Positions 38,132 to 47,923 are shown, numbered from the stretch's first letter. The stretch: DNA of 64,000 nucleotides from Thermodesulfobacteriota bacterium (GCA_963675595.2 CAXXLZ010000002.1:4032001-4096000); one strand, 5' to 3'. A program made the numbers and translations. The notes: a model not told the origin generated them from the sequence alone.

Positions 38132-38293
38132 TTAATAAGACCCTGAACCGAAGAAAGGGTTTAATCCATCTGAAAATTCCGATTTTTTTCGTGTCGATCG
38201 GCGGCGCGACGTCCAGGCCGGGACTTGGGCGCGGCGAGAGGCGCTTTCGAAAAGGTTCGGCGAGCATGGATGACATGACCAAAGGAGACTTCC

Positions 38294-39982
38294 ATAGGCA
38301 GAATCAGCGGCAACATTCGGGGCCTTAAACCCCAACAGGTCAAACGTCTCAATCGGTTGCACCAGCGGAGGATTCCTCCGCGGGAGATCGTTTCTCTACA
38401 AGCGGGAAGGGAAATCAGTCTCCTCTCTCACGAGACGGGCAGGCGGGTCGGCCTGCTCATCGATCGCGGGGGCACCGTGGAGTACGTCATTGTCGGCGAC
38501 GCCCATAATCTCATGATCCCTCAATCGGAAAGGCTTCGAAGCGGACTCACCCGCCTCAAGGGGGTCAGGCTGGTCCACACCTTACGAAAAGGGGAGACGC
38601 TCGGCCCCGACGACTTTAACGATTTGGCTCTGCTTCGCCTGGATTTCGTAGCCGGCTTGGAGGTCGACGATCAAGGCGAACCTGCTCGACTCCAAGGGGT
38701 GCACCTCCTGCCTACCGGTCGTGACGGAGACAACCTGGCGCATCTGGGTCCGTTTCCTTTCGGCCGTTCAGTCCATGACATCGACTTCCCTGCGCTCATT
38801 GATTCGTTGGAGGAGGAATTCTCCAAAGCCCAGCGGGTCCTTCGTGTTCACGCCGGAAGAGAAAGAGCTCTCCTGGTGAGCGTGAGCTCTCTTCCCAAAA
38901 CGGAAGTCCAAGACCGCCTGGATGAGCTCGAGGAGCTGGCGGAATCTTGCGGATTGGAGCCGGCGGGGCGGGTGATTCAAACCCGGAGAAGCGGAGAACG
39001 CTCTCCGACCTTGCTGGGTAAGGGCAAACTCTCCGAGATCGTGATTCGGGCCCTGCAAACCGGGGCGGAACTCCTCGTGTTCGACCAGGACTTGAGTCCC
39101 TCACAAGCCAGAGCCCTATCCGGAACCACGGAACTGAAGATCATCGATCGCACGCAGCTTATTTTGGACATCTTTGCCCAGAGGGCGAGGAGCCGGGAAG
39201 GAAAGATTCAGGTGGAGTTGGCGCAGCTCAAGTACATGCTGCCTCACCTGGTGACCAAGAACACGGCCATGAGCCGCCTGACCGGAGGCATCGGAGGGCG
39301 CGGTCCCGGTGAAACCAAGCTGGAAATCAATCGACGCCGGGCACGGGAACGCATCACTTCGTTGCAGCGCGAGCTCGATCTGGTTCGAAAGCAACGCAAG
39401 ACTCAACGCAAGATGCGGCAAAGGAAGGACATGCCCACGGTGGCCATTATCGGGTACACCAACGCGGGAAAGTCTACGCTGTTGAACACGCTGACCAAGA
39501 GCGATATCTTTGTCCAAAATCGTTTATTCGCCACGCTGGATCCCACCAGCAGGCGGCTTAAATTCCCCAAAGACCGGGAGATCATCATCACGGATACCGT
39601 GGGGTTCATCCAGGACCTTCCTCGGGACCTCGTGGAGGCCTTTCGCGCCACGCTGGAACAACTGGAGGAGGCTCACCTGCTTCTGCACGTGGTCGACGTA
39701 TCCAATCCCCACTTCGAACAACATATCCAGGCGGTGAACAAGATACTGCACGATTTGGATCTGGACTTCATTCCGGTGCTCACGGTGTTCAACAAGGAGG
39801 ACCTGGCGCCTCCCGAGTTGGTGGCCGAGCGATGCTTCAAACACCATGCACTGAGCATCTCGGCGAAAGACGAGGCTACACTGGCTCCCCTGGTGGCGGA
39901 AATTGAACGACGCTTATGGCCCGACGAGGAGTCGATTCGGATGAGCCATAGCGGTGAAGGATTGGAAGCGCCGGTGGGGTAA
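38294..39982 (+). CDS. hflX: GTPase HflX (long form), probable ATA start
   Basis: 'IDRTQLILDIFAQRA', 'RGPGETKLE', 'GYTNAGKST', 'FATLDPT', 'DTVGF', 'NKED'; frame open back to ATA 38294 after AAAGGAG. Confidence 0.93.
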   Translation: MGRISGNIRGLKPQQVKRLNRLHQRRIPPREIVSLQAGREISLLSHETGRRVGLLIDRGGTVEYVIVGDAHNLMIPQSERLRSGLTRLKGVRLVHTLRKGETLGPDDFNDLALLRLDFVAGLEVDDQGEPARLQGVHLLPTGRDGDNLAHLGPFPFGRSVHDIDFPALIDSLEEEFSKAQRVLRVHAGRERALLVSVSSLPKTEVQDRLDELEELAESCGLEPAGRVIQTRRSGERSPTLLGKGKLSEIVIRALQTGAELLVFDQDLSPSQARALSGTTELKIIDRTQLILDIFAQRARSREGKIQVELAQLKYMLPHLVTKNTAMSRLTGGIGGRGPGETKLEINRRRARERITSLQRELDLVRKQRKTQRKMRQRKDMPTVAIIGYTNAGKSTLLNTLTKSDIFVQNRLFATLDPTSRRLKFPKDREIIITDTVGFIQDLPRDLVEAFRATLEQLEEAHLLLHVVDVSNPHFEQHIQAVNKILHDLDLDFIPVLTVFNKEDLAPPELVAERCFKHHALSISAKDEATLAPLVAEIERRLWPDEESIRMSHSGEGLEAPVG

Positions 39983-40161
39983 GGGCGCAAAAGCTCCTTT
40001 CAACGTGGTGAGGGAAGGCGTGGTTCGTTTGGACGCGCCTGATGTGGTTGTCGACTCACCGGTACCGACAGGGGGCTACCCACGATTCCGGGGGGGAAAA
40101 GCGGAACGCCCGGCTTAGAAAGCCTCTACAATAATGAAGGGGAACGGAAGGCAATGCAAGA

Positions 40162-42372
40162 ATGATCGAGCGACATTTCGACATCTCGTTCGTAGCGGAT
40201 ATCGCTTTGCGTGAGAAACAGATTCAACAGAACTACAGGCCTATTATAGCGGTTCACAAATGGTTCGCTCGAAGACCCGGCACTCTCTTTCGTGCGTTGC
40301 TGCTGTCTGAATTTCTCGGCAAACCCATATCCGAAGTATTCTATGACTCGAATAATCTTGCGGGAATCAGGGTTGCCGATCCTTTCATGGGAGGAGGAAC
40401 GCCCCTTTTTGAAGCCAATCGGGTCGGGTGCGATATCTTTGGAGTAGACATCAACCCTATGTCTTACTGGATAGTGAAACAGGAGATAGAACACCTTGAC
40501 CTTGAGGGGTATGTTGAATCGGCCGAATGCCTGCGTGTGAAGTTGGAAGAGGATATTGGACGTCTTTACCGGACACGCTGCATGATTTGCGGCTCCGAAG
40601 AGGCACATGTTAAGTATTTTTTATGGGTTAAGGAAATTTCCTGTAAAAGGTGCAACCAGCCAATCGATCTGTTTCCCGGTTATTTGTTGGCGACGGATTC
40701 GAGACATCCTAAGAACGTTATGGTGTGTAAGGCTTGCGGTCAATTGAACGAGACGGCCGACAGAAAAAGGCTTGGCACATGCGGATATTGTGGAGTTAAT
40801 TTGAAGCTCGACGGAGCGGCCAAACGCGGCCGTTGTGAATGCACCCAGTGCGGAACCATTAACACCTATCCCGATAAGACCTTGGGTGCGCCACGGCACA
40901 GGCTTTTCGCAATTGAGTATTTCTGCCGTTCCTGCAAGAACAAACATGTGGGAAGGTTCTTCAAAATGCCCGATTCTCAGGACCTGGATCGGGTGAATGT
41001 GGCAGAAGAAAGATGGAGGAGGACCGTTGCCCGCTTCGCTCCTGATGATGAAATACCATCCGGTGACGAGACCAATCGCCTCCACCGATGGGGATACACT
41101 CGCTATCAAGAGATGTTTAATCCGCGACAGCTTCTCGGCTTGGAGGCATCCGCACAATTGATTGTGGGCACCGAAAACGTGCGTGTTCGGAACGCCCTCG
41201 CAACCAACCTTTCGGATCTACTACGCTATCAGAACATGCTTTGTCGTTACGATTCCACTGCTCTGAAGTCGTTGGATATTTTCTCGGTACACGGCTATCC
41301 GGTGGGTCTCATTCAGTGTGAGTCCAATTTGATTGGAATCTTGGACAACACGAAGAGGACGTGCGTCGGCAGCGGGGGGTGGGCCAACATTATTGAGAAG
41401 TTTCGGAAGGCGAAACGGTATTGCGATCATCCTTTCGAAGTCCGTCACCGGGGTCGAAAGAAGGAAACGATACCAATTAAAGGGGAATGGATAGGTGATC
41501 TTCCGAATGGAGAACACGGGGTCGGTAAAAGACGAGTTGAGTTGTTCTGCGGCGATGCCGCCGAAGTGCGGATTTCGCCCGGCTCTGTGGATGCGGTGTT
41601 TACCGACCCTCCGTACTTTGGAAACGTCCAGTATGCGGAATTGATGGATTTCTGCTATGTGTGGCTTCGCCGTCTGGCTAATGGTGAGGAGCTCACGTTC
41701 AGATCGAGATCGACCAGAAGCCCCCAAGAATTAACCGGCAACGTAGACATGGGAAGGGGTCTGGACCACTTCACACAGGGATTGTCGGCTGTTTTTCTGA
41801 AGATGTCGAGCGCTCTCAAGCCCGGTGCGCCATTGGTCTTCACTTACCATCACAATGACCTCGCAGCCTACCACCCGATCGTGGTAGCGATTCTCGATGC
41901 AGGTCTAACTTGCTCCGCCTCGTTGCCTTGCCCGGCGGAAATGGGTGGGTCAATACACATCAATGGGACGGGTTCGTCCATAATCGATACCGTCTTCGTA
42001 TGCAGAATGAGCGGTTCCATACCACGAAGATGGATAGTCGACTCCGTTGAGGGTGTCGCAGACTTGGTTAGAGATGATCTATCCAAGCTTCGAGACGGGA
42101 ATGTCAAACCAACCGTCGGAGATATCAGGTGCATCGCGTTCGGTCACCTGGTTCGGTTAGCCATATGGAATCTTCGCAGGAACTGGAACAAAGACTTGGA
42201 TGTCGGTAAACGCATTGCGGCGGTTTCCCGCCGGCTCATAGAGTTTGGGGGGTGGCGAGAAGTCGAGCAATGCCTATATGAGTCCGAGAATTCCTCTCTT
42301 GATATGCCGTTGTTCGGTGTGCGAGAGAAATCCTACGAATATGGAATAGCTGATGGCGAAGTATCCTTTTGA
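40162..42372 (+). CDS. Amino-methyltransferase (DUF1156/COG1743-like) with Zn-ribbon insert
   Basis: 'VHKWFARRPG', motif I 'DPFMGGG', several CxxC pairs, motif IV 'TDPPY'. Confidence 0.87.
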   Translation: MIERHFDISFVADIALREKQIQQNYRPIIAVHKWFARRPGTLFRALLLSEFLGKPISEVFYDSNNLAGIRVADPFMGGGTPLFEANRVGCDIFGVDINPMSYWIVKQEIEHLDLEGYVESAECLRVKLEEDIGRLYRTRCMICGSEEAHVKYFLWVKEISCKRCNQPIDLFPGYLLATDSRHPKNVMVCKACGQLNETADRKRLGTCGYCGVNLKLDGAAKRGRCECTQCGTINTYPDKTLGAPRHRLFAIEYFCRSCKNKHVGRFFKMPDSQDLDRVNVAEERWRRTVARFAPDDEIPSGDETNRLHRWGYTRYQEMFNPRQLLGLEASAQLIVGTENVRVRNALATNLSDLLRYQNMLCRYDSTALKSLDIFSVHGYPVGLIQCESNLIGILDNTKRTCVGSGGWANIIEKFRKAKRYCDHPFEVRHRGRKKETIPIKGEWIGDLPNGEHGVGKRRVELFCGDAAEVRISPGSVDAVFTDPPYFGNVQYAELMDFCYVWLRRLANGEELTFRSRSTRSPQELTGNVDMGRGLDHFTQGLSAVFLKMSSALKPGAPLVFTYHHNDLAAYHPIVVAILDAGLTCSASLPCPAEMGGSIHINGTGSSIIDTVFVCRMSGSIPRRWIVDSVEGVADLVRDDLSKLRDGNVKPTVGDIRCIAFGHLVRLAIWNLRRNWNKDLDVGKRIAAVSRRLIEFGGWREVEQCLYESENSSLDMPLFGVREKSYEYGIADGEVSF

Positions 42373-43387
42373 AGCGCCTTTTGAGGAAATTATGAGAGAA
42401 CCGGAGCGCTATGTCGATGCCGTGTTTTCCTGCTTGGAGTCTGAATTTCTTGTCATGCCAAAGGGTGTGGGGTTTGTTGAATATCCGGTTTTCGAAAGAG
42501 GATACGAGGCACTGAAAGCTGCGACTGAAGGTTTTTCAAAACTTGGGCCGGACAAGGTGCTTGCGGTTGCTCTGGCGGAACCGATTTCAATTGTGGTATT
42601 ACGTACCATGCTGGGATTCACTCCGCCGGAATGGGGGTATGTGGCTTCTCAGCAGACCGGAATAGGCGTCAGTCAGGGATTTGTCCGGTCTATTGACAGA
42701 AAGGCGAGGATATCTCCGCAAAACCCTCTCAAAGTCAACTCTTCTACCAAGGAGAGGCTCGAGGCCCTTGTGGAGACCGCCTGTCGCTTGTTGTCCGAAA
42801 GTGTGCCTCAAGTCGGCGTAGACAAACTGCATCGGCTTGACAAAGCGGATACCAGGCGGGGCTTGGAGAGCATTAGAAACATCGCCCGGATGGGAGCACC
42901 TTACGCCATGCTGCTTTATGAGCGCTTCTTGGGTAGGCCCTTCGCCGGTCATCGAGATTCAGTGAGTGAATTAATCGGAGACAGCCTCGAAGCGGCCATA
43001 GAAGAAGTGCTCACTCACGCGGAAATTAGCTACCGCAAGACGAAGCGGGCGGAAAAAATAGAGGGGTTCGACCAGACGCCGGATTTCATCATACCGGACG
43101 AATTCAATCCCCAAATCGTTATTGAGGCGAAAGTCACAGAAGATGACGGCACAGCCAGGGACAAAGTGACTCGCATTCAGCATTTGGGAGAATTGAGCCT
43201 TGCCGGGAAGTCGGGCAAACACCCGAAATATGAGGTGGTCGCCTGCATTGGAGGACGAGGTTTCGGTGTTCGCCGTGAAGACATGAAGAAGCTGATCCTG
43301 GCCACGAGAGGCAAGGTGTTCACACCAAAGACTCTGGATCAACTTGTCGAGCATACGCGTTTGAGAGAGTTTCGAACGAGATACTGA
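42353..43387 (+). CDS. Putative restriction endonuclease, PD-(D/E)xK fold
   Basis: 'TPDFIIP...VIEAK..EDDGTARDK'; overlaps the methyltransferase stop. Confidence 0.72.
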   Translation: MAKYPFEAPFEEIMREPERYVDAVFSCLESEFLVMPKGVGFVEYPVFERGYEALKAATEGFSKLGPDKVLAVALAEPISIVVLRTMLGFTPPEWGYVASQQTGIGVSQGFVRSIDRKARISPQNPLKVNSSTKERLEALVETACRLLSESVPQVGVDKLHRLDKADTRRGLESIRNIARMGAPYAMLLYERFLGRPFAGHRDSVSELIGDSLEAAIEEVLTHAEISYRKTKRAEKIEGFDQTPDFIIPDEFNPQIVIEAKVTEDDGTARDKVTRIQHLGELSLAGKSGKHPKYEVVACIGGRGFGVRREDMKKLILATRGKVFTPKTLDQLVEHTRLREFRTRY

Positions 43388-43485
43388 GCCTCCTTGCTGT
43401 TGTTGCTGCAAGCGCAAAGACTTAAACGACGGGCCGGTTTTGCGTCCTCTGATAAGGGCGGTACCTAAAGGACACACTGAGAAGT

Positions 43486-43537
43486 CTCTTGCCGTGACCT
43501 TGTGAATGCCACGCATCGTAGGCAAGGTCGGCAAGAG
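43486..43537. repeat. Imperfect long hairpin at right edge of the MTase/nuclease module
   Basis: CTCTTGCC..GACCTTG ... CAAGGTC GGCAAGAG inverted repeat between convergent genes. Confidence 0.5.
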
Positions 43538-43592
43538 TTGGAAGCCGGAGAACCGCGCTCACAAAGCGGACACAGATTGCTCGTTTGACCCT

Positions 43593-43952
43593 TCATGCCG
43601 CCTCCGTGCTTGTGTTCTTGTGCTCCGCAGGCTCGATTTTCAGCGCGTCCGTGGATTTATCGAAAGTTCCAGTGAAAAGGATGAGTTCGGGATACGGGTC
43701 CAAGGACGAATAGCTTTCGATGGCGATTCCTCGGGCGGCGGCGGCAGAGTGGTCGAACACTCTGAAAAAATAGGCGGCCTCCAACCCTTTCACTCGCTTC
43801 GAGGCGACCCTGAGCCTCAGGAGGGCCTGCGGCTCCCTGCCGAACTCATTCATCAGAGCACAAGACACGGCGCACGAAAGGTTTCGAGTCCGCCTCGGCT
43901 CTTCAGGTTTCATTCGGCCTTCTTCCTTTTTCTTCCAGAACTTCCATCCCAT
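43593..43952 (-). CDS. Hypothetical protein
   Basis: GGAG RBS, 'MGWKFWKKK...FFRVFD...LDPYPELILFTG'; protein-like composition. Confidence 0.65.
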   Translation of the reverse strand: MGWKFWKKKEEGRMKPEEPRRTRNLSCAVSCALMNEFGREPQALLRLRVASKRVKGLEAAYFFRVFDHSAAAARGIAIESYSSLDPYPELILFTGTFDKSTDALKIEPAEHKNTSTEAA

Positions 43953-44340
43953 ATGCATGACTCCGATCACCACCCCGAATTCGACTGAGCCGAATTCCGG
44001 AGAGGGTGGAAGAAAGGGTCGATTCACCGCCGAGCATTCGATCGCGCCGAGCGTTCTTCCGAGGCTCGACCGCTTACGAGAACCCCCTCATCATTCGAGG
44101 GCTTATGGGACGCTCGCTTTTCGACTCCCGTTGGGTGCCTGGTAGTCGCCATCTACCCTTTGGATTACCGCGGAGTCCGTTCCGGGTTGCATCGTTTGGA
44201 CGGTCCTCAACCCGATCTCAGCACCTTTGCGAACGAAGCGGTAATGCCTGAGAGCGAGACGAGAAGCCGCTTCAGCAACGTTCGCCGCCAATGATATCGC
44301 CGGGCCCATCCCAAGCGGTAATCATCCTCGGCATCACGTA

Positions 44341-44356
44341 TTCAAGACCTATGCCA
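44341..44356 (-). promoter_or_regulatory. Possible sigma54 promoter (TGGCATAGGTCTTGAA)
   Basis: GG-N10-GA, a variant of the -24/-12 GG-N10-GC consensus; points toward the 43593-43952 gene. Confidence 0.4.
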
Positions 44357-44777
44357 CACCCGGATTCCCTCTCATGAGTGCACGAAGGATGGGGAACGCC
44401 GGTTCAGTTCTTCGTAGTGAATTCCGTAAGTTGCTTCAGATTGGATTTCCGGATGCGGCCTCCGTTCGGCCCTTGGGCGCAGAACGAGCGGAACAAACAA
44501 GAACCTTGAGTTCTTGTCTTCTCGACAAATCCGAAGTGACGCTTCCTGAAATGGATATACCTATACAAATTACTGAAATACCAAGATATATTTGCCTCGT
44601 GGGGCGACCCTGTCAAATCTCCCGACCCTAAGAAGGTCCTGTTTGCCGGGTGGTCGGGCATGTACGGACGATCTTAGGGAATCGTGTTTCAGAGTATCGG
44701 AATTGCGAATTCCGGTCGGAAAAGCCGATGGCGCGGTCTTCTTTGCAACCTATTAATATTAATGGCTAAGTAGTGAT

Positions 44778-44793
44778 TGGCATAGCGGTTGCT
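44778..44793 (+). promoter_or_regulatory. Sigma54 promoter (TGGCATAGCGGTTGCT)
   Basis: Exact GG-N10-GC spacing with TGGCA and TTGC boxes; AT-rich tract just upstream; 51 nt before ATG 44845. Confidence 0.7.
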
Positions 44794-44844
44794 CATTCTC
44801 CGCAACGAAGATTCACGGCGAAGAACTGCACGTGGGAGGAGAGG

Positions 44845-45147
44845 ATGGAGGGGGTGGGCGAAACAGGGATGCGAGACCACCTGGTCACGATCACGGGAGT
44901 GGTGATTCCCATCGAGTGGTCCGATGATCATCAGGTATCCGGGGTTGCAGTGGCGGGTTGGGGCGAGACGGATTACCTGATTCGAAACGACGACATGGGC
45001 AAAGAACTTCTCAAGCTGCTGCACGGTCAGGTGCGGGTTATGGGGGAGGTCACCATGGACGAAGAGGGAAGAAACTGGATTTACGTCCGGTCCTTCCAAA
45101 TCGTGCCTTCAAATTCGGTAGTCCACGTGAATGAGGGTCAGCCGTGA
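44845..45147 (+). CDS. Hypothetical protein (possible OB fold)
   Basis: GGAGGAGAGG RBS; 'ITGVVIPIEW...VRVMGEV...IYVRSF' beta-strand pattern. Confidence 0.7.
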   Translation: MEGVGETGMRDHLVTITGVVIPIEWSDDHQVSGVAVAGWGETDYLIRNDDMGKELLKLLHGQVRVMGEVTMDEEGRNWIYVRSFQIVPSNSVVHVNEGQP

Positions 45148-45269
45148 AACGGTACTCGAGCGGGCAACTTGCCCGGTAATCTGCAGTCGGATTTCAATAC
45201 TGAAGAAAACCGAGGCGAGAGATACGGAAACTCTTTTTCATTGATCAATATTCCTAAGGAGCAAGCCCA

Positions 45270-46631
45270 ATGGCTGATGATAATACGGCGAAGCGAACGG
45301 AACCTCCTCACGAACCTTCGGAACCTCCCGGGCGATACTTCACAGGGCATTCCTTTGTGGGAGGGTCCGCCCAGACCGCGTGGAACGTCCCGTTCTTGGA
45401 ACGCGGAATTATTGAATCCGTAAACAACCTGCTGCTTCCTCAGAAACCGAGGAAAGTGGTGCCCCACGCACCACGTTTTGCATGCGGGACTGCGACACAA
45501 AGGTTCCGCAAGCGATTTTATCCCGAAGTTTCCGGCTCCGAGTGGAACGATTGGCACTGGCAACTGAGGAACCGGTTGAGGGGCTATAACGCACTATCGA
45601 GAATATTGAAGCTTTCGGAAGATGAAACCCGAGCGCTGCAGAATGTTAACGGCGGTTTTCCGGTTTCGGTAACGCCGTACTATGCGAGCCTGTTGAGTGC
45701 GAATGATCCGCTCCAGCCTTTGAGGCGTTCGGTGATTCCGGTTTGCGCGGAGCAGGTGCGAGGACCCGGAGAAGCGGACGATCCTCTGGGAGAAGACGGG
45801 CACAGTCCGGTACCCGGCCTGGTGCACCGCTATCCGGATCGGGTGCTGTTCCTGGTGACGAGCTTTTGTTCGACGTTCTGTCGTTATTGTACACGTTCAA
45901 GAATCGTGGGAAGGTCGGGGAATTGCAGTTTTTCGTGGAAGCGGCTCGAAGCGGCCATAGAATATATTGAATCCAGAAAAGAGGTGCGGGACGTTCTCTT
46001 ATCCGGAGGAGACCCGCTGACTTTGTCCGATGAGGCCTTGAGTAAGCTTCTGGAACGACTCAGGCGCATTCCGCATGTGGAAATTATCCGCATCGGCACC
46101 AAAGCGCCGGCTGTAATGCCTCAAAGGGTTACCCCGGCTCTGACACGTATGTTGAAGCGTTTTCATCCTTTATGGATGAGCCTTCACTTTACTCACCCTG
46201 CGGAGATCACCCCGGAAACCGCCCAAGCATGCGGGCGTTTGTCGGATGCGGGTATTCCCCTGGGAAGTCAGACCGTGCTGCTCAAGGGAGTGAACGATTC
46301 CGTGGAAGTAATGACGAAATTGGTGCACGGACTGCTGAGAATTCGGGTAAGACCGTACTACTTGTACCAGTGCGATCCTATTTCCGGGTCGAGTCACTTC
46401 CGTACCGGGGTCGAACAGGGGCTCGCCGTTATCAAGGGGCTCAGAGGGCACACCAGCGGTTATGCCGTGCCCCATTATGTCATCGACGCACCGGGCGGCG
46501 GCGGGAAAATTCCCTTGCTCCCGGACTACGTGGAGGGCAGGGACGGCGACGACCTATTGTTGAGGAACTACGAAGGCAAGACTTACCGTTATCCGGATCC
46601 GGAATCGGTTTCCCTTGGAGGAATGAACTGA
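45270..46631 (+). CDS. KamA family radical SAM protein (lysine 2,3-aminomutase-like)
   Basis: 'WNDWHWQL', 'HRYPDR', 'CSTFCRYC', 'LSGGDPL', 'PYYLYQCD', PLP loop 'DAPGGGGK'. Confidence 0.93.
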   Translation: MADDNTAKRTEPPHEPSEPPGRYFTGHSFVGGSAQTAWNVPFLERGIIESVNNLLLPQKPRKVVPHAPRFACGTATQRFRKRFYPEVSGSEWNDWHWQLRNRLRGYNALSRILKLSEDETRALQNVNGGFPVSVTPYYASLLSANDPLQPLRRSVIPVCAEQVRGPGEADDPLGEDGHSPVPGLVHRYPDRVLFLVTSFCSTFCRYCTRSRIVGRSGNCSFSWKRLEAAIEYIESRKEVRDVLLSGGDPLTLSDEALSKLLERLRRIPHVEIIRIGTKAPAVMPQRVTPALTRMLKRFHPLWMSLHFTHPAEITPETAQACGRLSDAGIPLGSQTVLLKGVNDSVEVMTKLVHGLLRIRVRPYYLYQCDPISGSSHFRTGVEQGLAVIKGLRGHTSGYAVPHYVIDAPGGGGKIPLLPDYVEGRDGDDLLLRNYEGKTYRYPDPESVSLGGMN

Positions 46632-47692
46632 TGAAAGTGGGAATGACTTACAATCTGAGGGACGACTACCTCGCGTTGGGCTACAGCGAGGTGGAAACCG
46701 CGGAGTTCGACAAGGTTTCCACCATTGAAGCCATTGAGAGAGCGCTCCGAGAACTCGGATACGAGACGGACCGCATCGGACACGTCTGGAACCTGGTGAA
46801 AAGGCTGGCGGCGGGAGACCGTTGGGATATGGTTTTCAACATTGCGGAAGGCCTGTGGGGGTTCGGCCGCGAGGCCCAGGTTCCCGCTTTGCTTGACGCG
46901 TATGGAATACCGTATACTTTTTCGGATCCACTGGTTTTGGCTTTGACCCTTCACAAAGGAATGACCAAATCCGTGTTGAGGGACGGAGGCGTTCCCACGC
47001 CGGATTTCGCCGTGGTGGAGGCGGAGAGCGATCTTATAGAACTTGAGACGAAGTTGGCTTATCCTTTGTTTGCCAAACCCGTGGCGGAGGGGACCGGGAA
47101 GGGAATTACCGTGGCTTCCAAGATCGGTTCTCCCGCCGAACTCTCCGTGGTGTGCCGGGAGCTGATGAACCGGTTCAGACAGCCTGTTCTGGTGGAAACG
47201 TATCTGCCGGGTCGTGAATTTACGGTTGGAATTCTGGGAACGGGTGCGCAGGCCAAGGTCGTGGGCGTCATGGAAATCCTTCTGGAGGACAAAGCGGAGC
47301 CTGAAGCCTACACTTATTTTAACAAAGAAAACTACGAAAGCCTGGTCACCTACAAGCTGGTGGACGACGGACAGGCCCGTTCCGCCGCTAGAACAGCCCT
47401 TCAGGCGTATCGAATCCTTGGATGTCGGGACGCCGGTCGGGTGGACTTGCGAGGCGACTGTTTCGACGTACCCAACTTCATGGAAATCAATCCGTTGGCC
47501 GGGTTACATCCCGTGCATTCGGATCTGCCGATACTGTGCAGGAAAGTGGGCAAGGACTACGTCCGCATGATTGCCGAGATTATGGATTCCGCCGTGCAGA
47601 GGCTGGGGGGCGATGCGACTGTTTCCGCCGCTGCGGGGAAAGGTTCGGAGGTTCATTCCCAAGGGGCGACCCCGGAAGCAATCCACGCCTGA
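46631..47692 (+). CDS. Ddl-like ATP-grasp ligase 1
   Basis: ATG overlaps the kamA stop (TGATG); 'VFNIAEG', 'KPVAEGTGKGI', 'YLPGREFTV', 'RVDLR', 'EINPLAGL'. Confidence 0.9.
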   Translation: MKVGMTYNLRDDYLALGYSEVETAEFDKVSTIEAIERALRELGYETDRIGHVWNLVKRLAAGDRWDMVFNIAEGLWGFGREAQVPALLDAYGIPYTFSDPLVLALTLHKGMTKSVLRDGGVPTPDFAVVEAESDLIELETKLAYPLFAKPVAEGTGKGITVASKIGSPAELSVVCRELMNRFRQPVLVETYLPGREFTVGILGTGAQAKVVGVMEILLEDKAEPEAYTYFNKENYESLVTYKLVDDGQARSAARTALQAYRILGCRDAGRVDLRGDCFDVPNFMEINPLAGLHPVHSDLPILCRKVGKDYVRMIAEIMDSAVQRLGGDATVSAAAGKGSEVHSQGATPEAIHA

Positions 47693-47923
47693 CCCGAAAG
47701 ATTGGACAATTCCGGAGAAGCGCATTCGCAAACAAGTCGCCCTCCGGAATTTGCTTATGTGTGCCCGGGTGCTTGGGACAGGGCGTAGAGCCGACGTCGC
47801 GGGCTCTGATCGATTAAGGGCTTTGCCCTTGGGGCGGCACAGCCCTTTGGCCGCCGCAAACAAAACGGGTCCGATGGGTCCCGTTTTCGAGAGGGTTCGA
47901 GGAGAACCCGGATCGGGTGTGAG

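Noticed and set aside
43455-43545. Integron attC site after the nuclease gene
   Set aside because: Hairpin present, but RYYYAAC/GTTRRRY boxes are mismatched and no integrase or second cassette is nearby
46172-46630. N-terminal 153 aa of the 506-aa ORF
   Set aside because: Overlaps kamA in another frame; the real ligase starts at ATG 46631 after GGAGG
45270-46631. epmB, or glutamate 2,3-aminomutase
   Set aside because: No adjacent efp/epmA, longer than EpmB, and it retains the Asp pair typical of lysine-type enzymes
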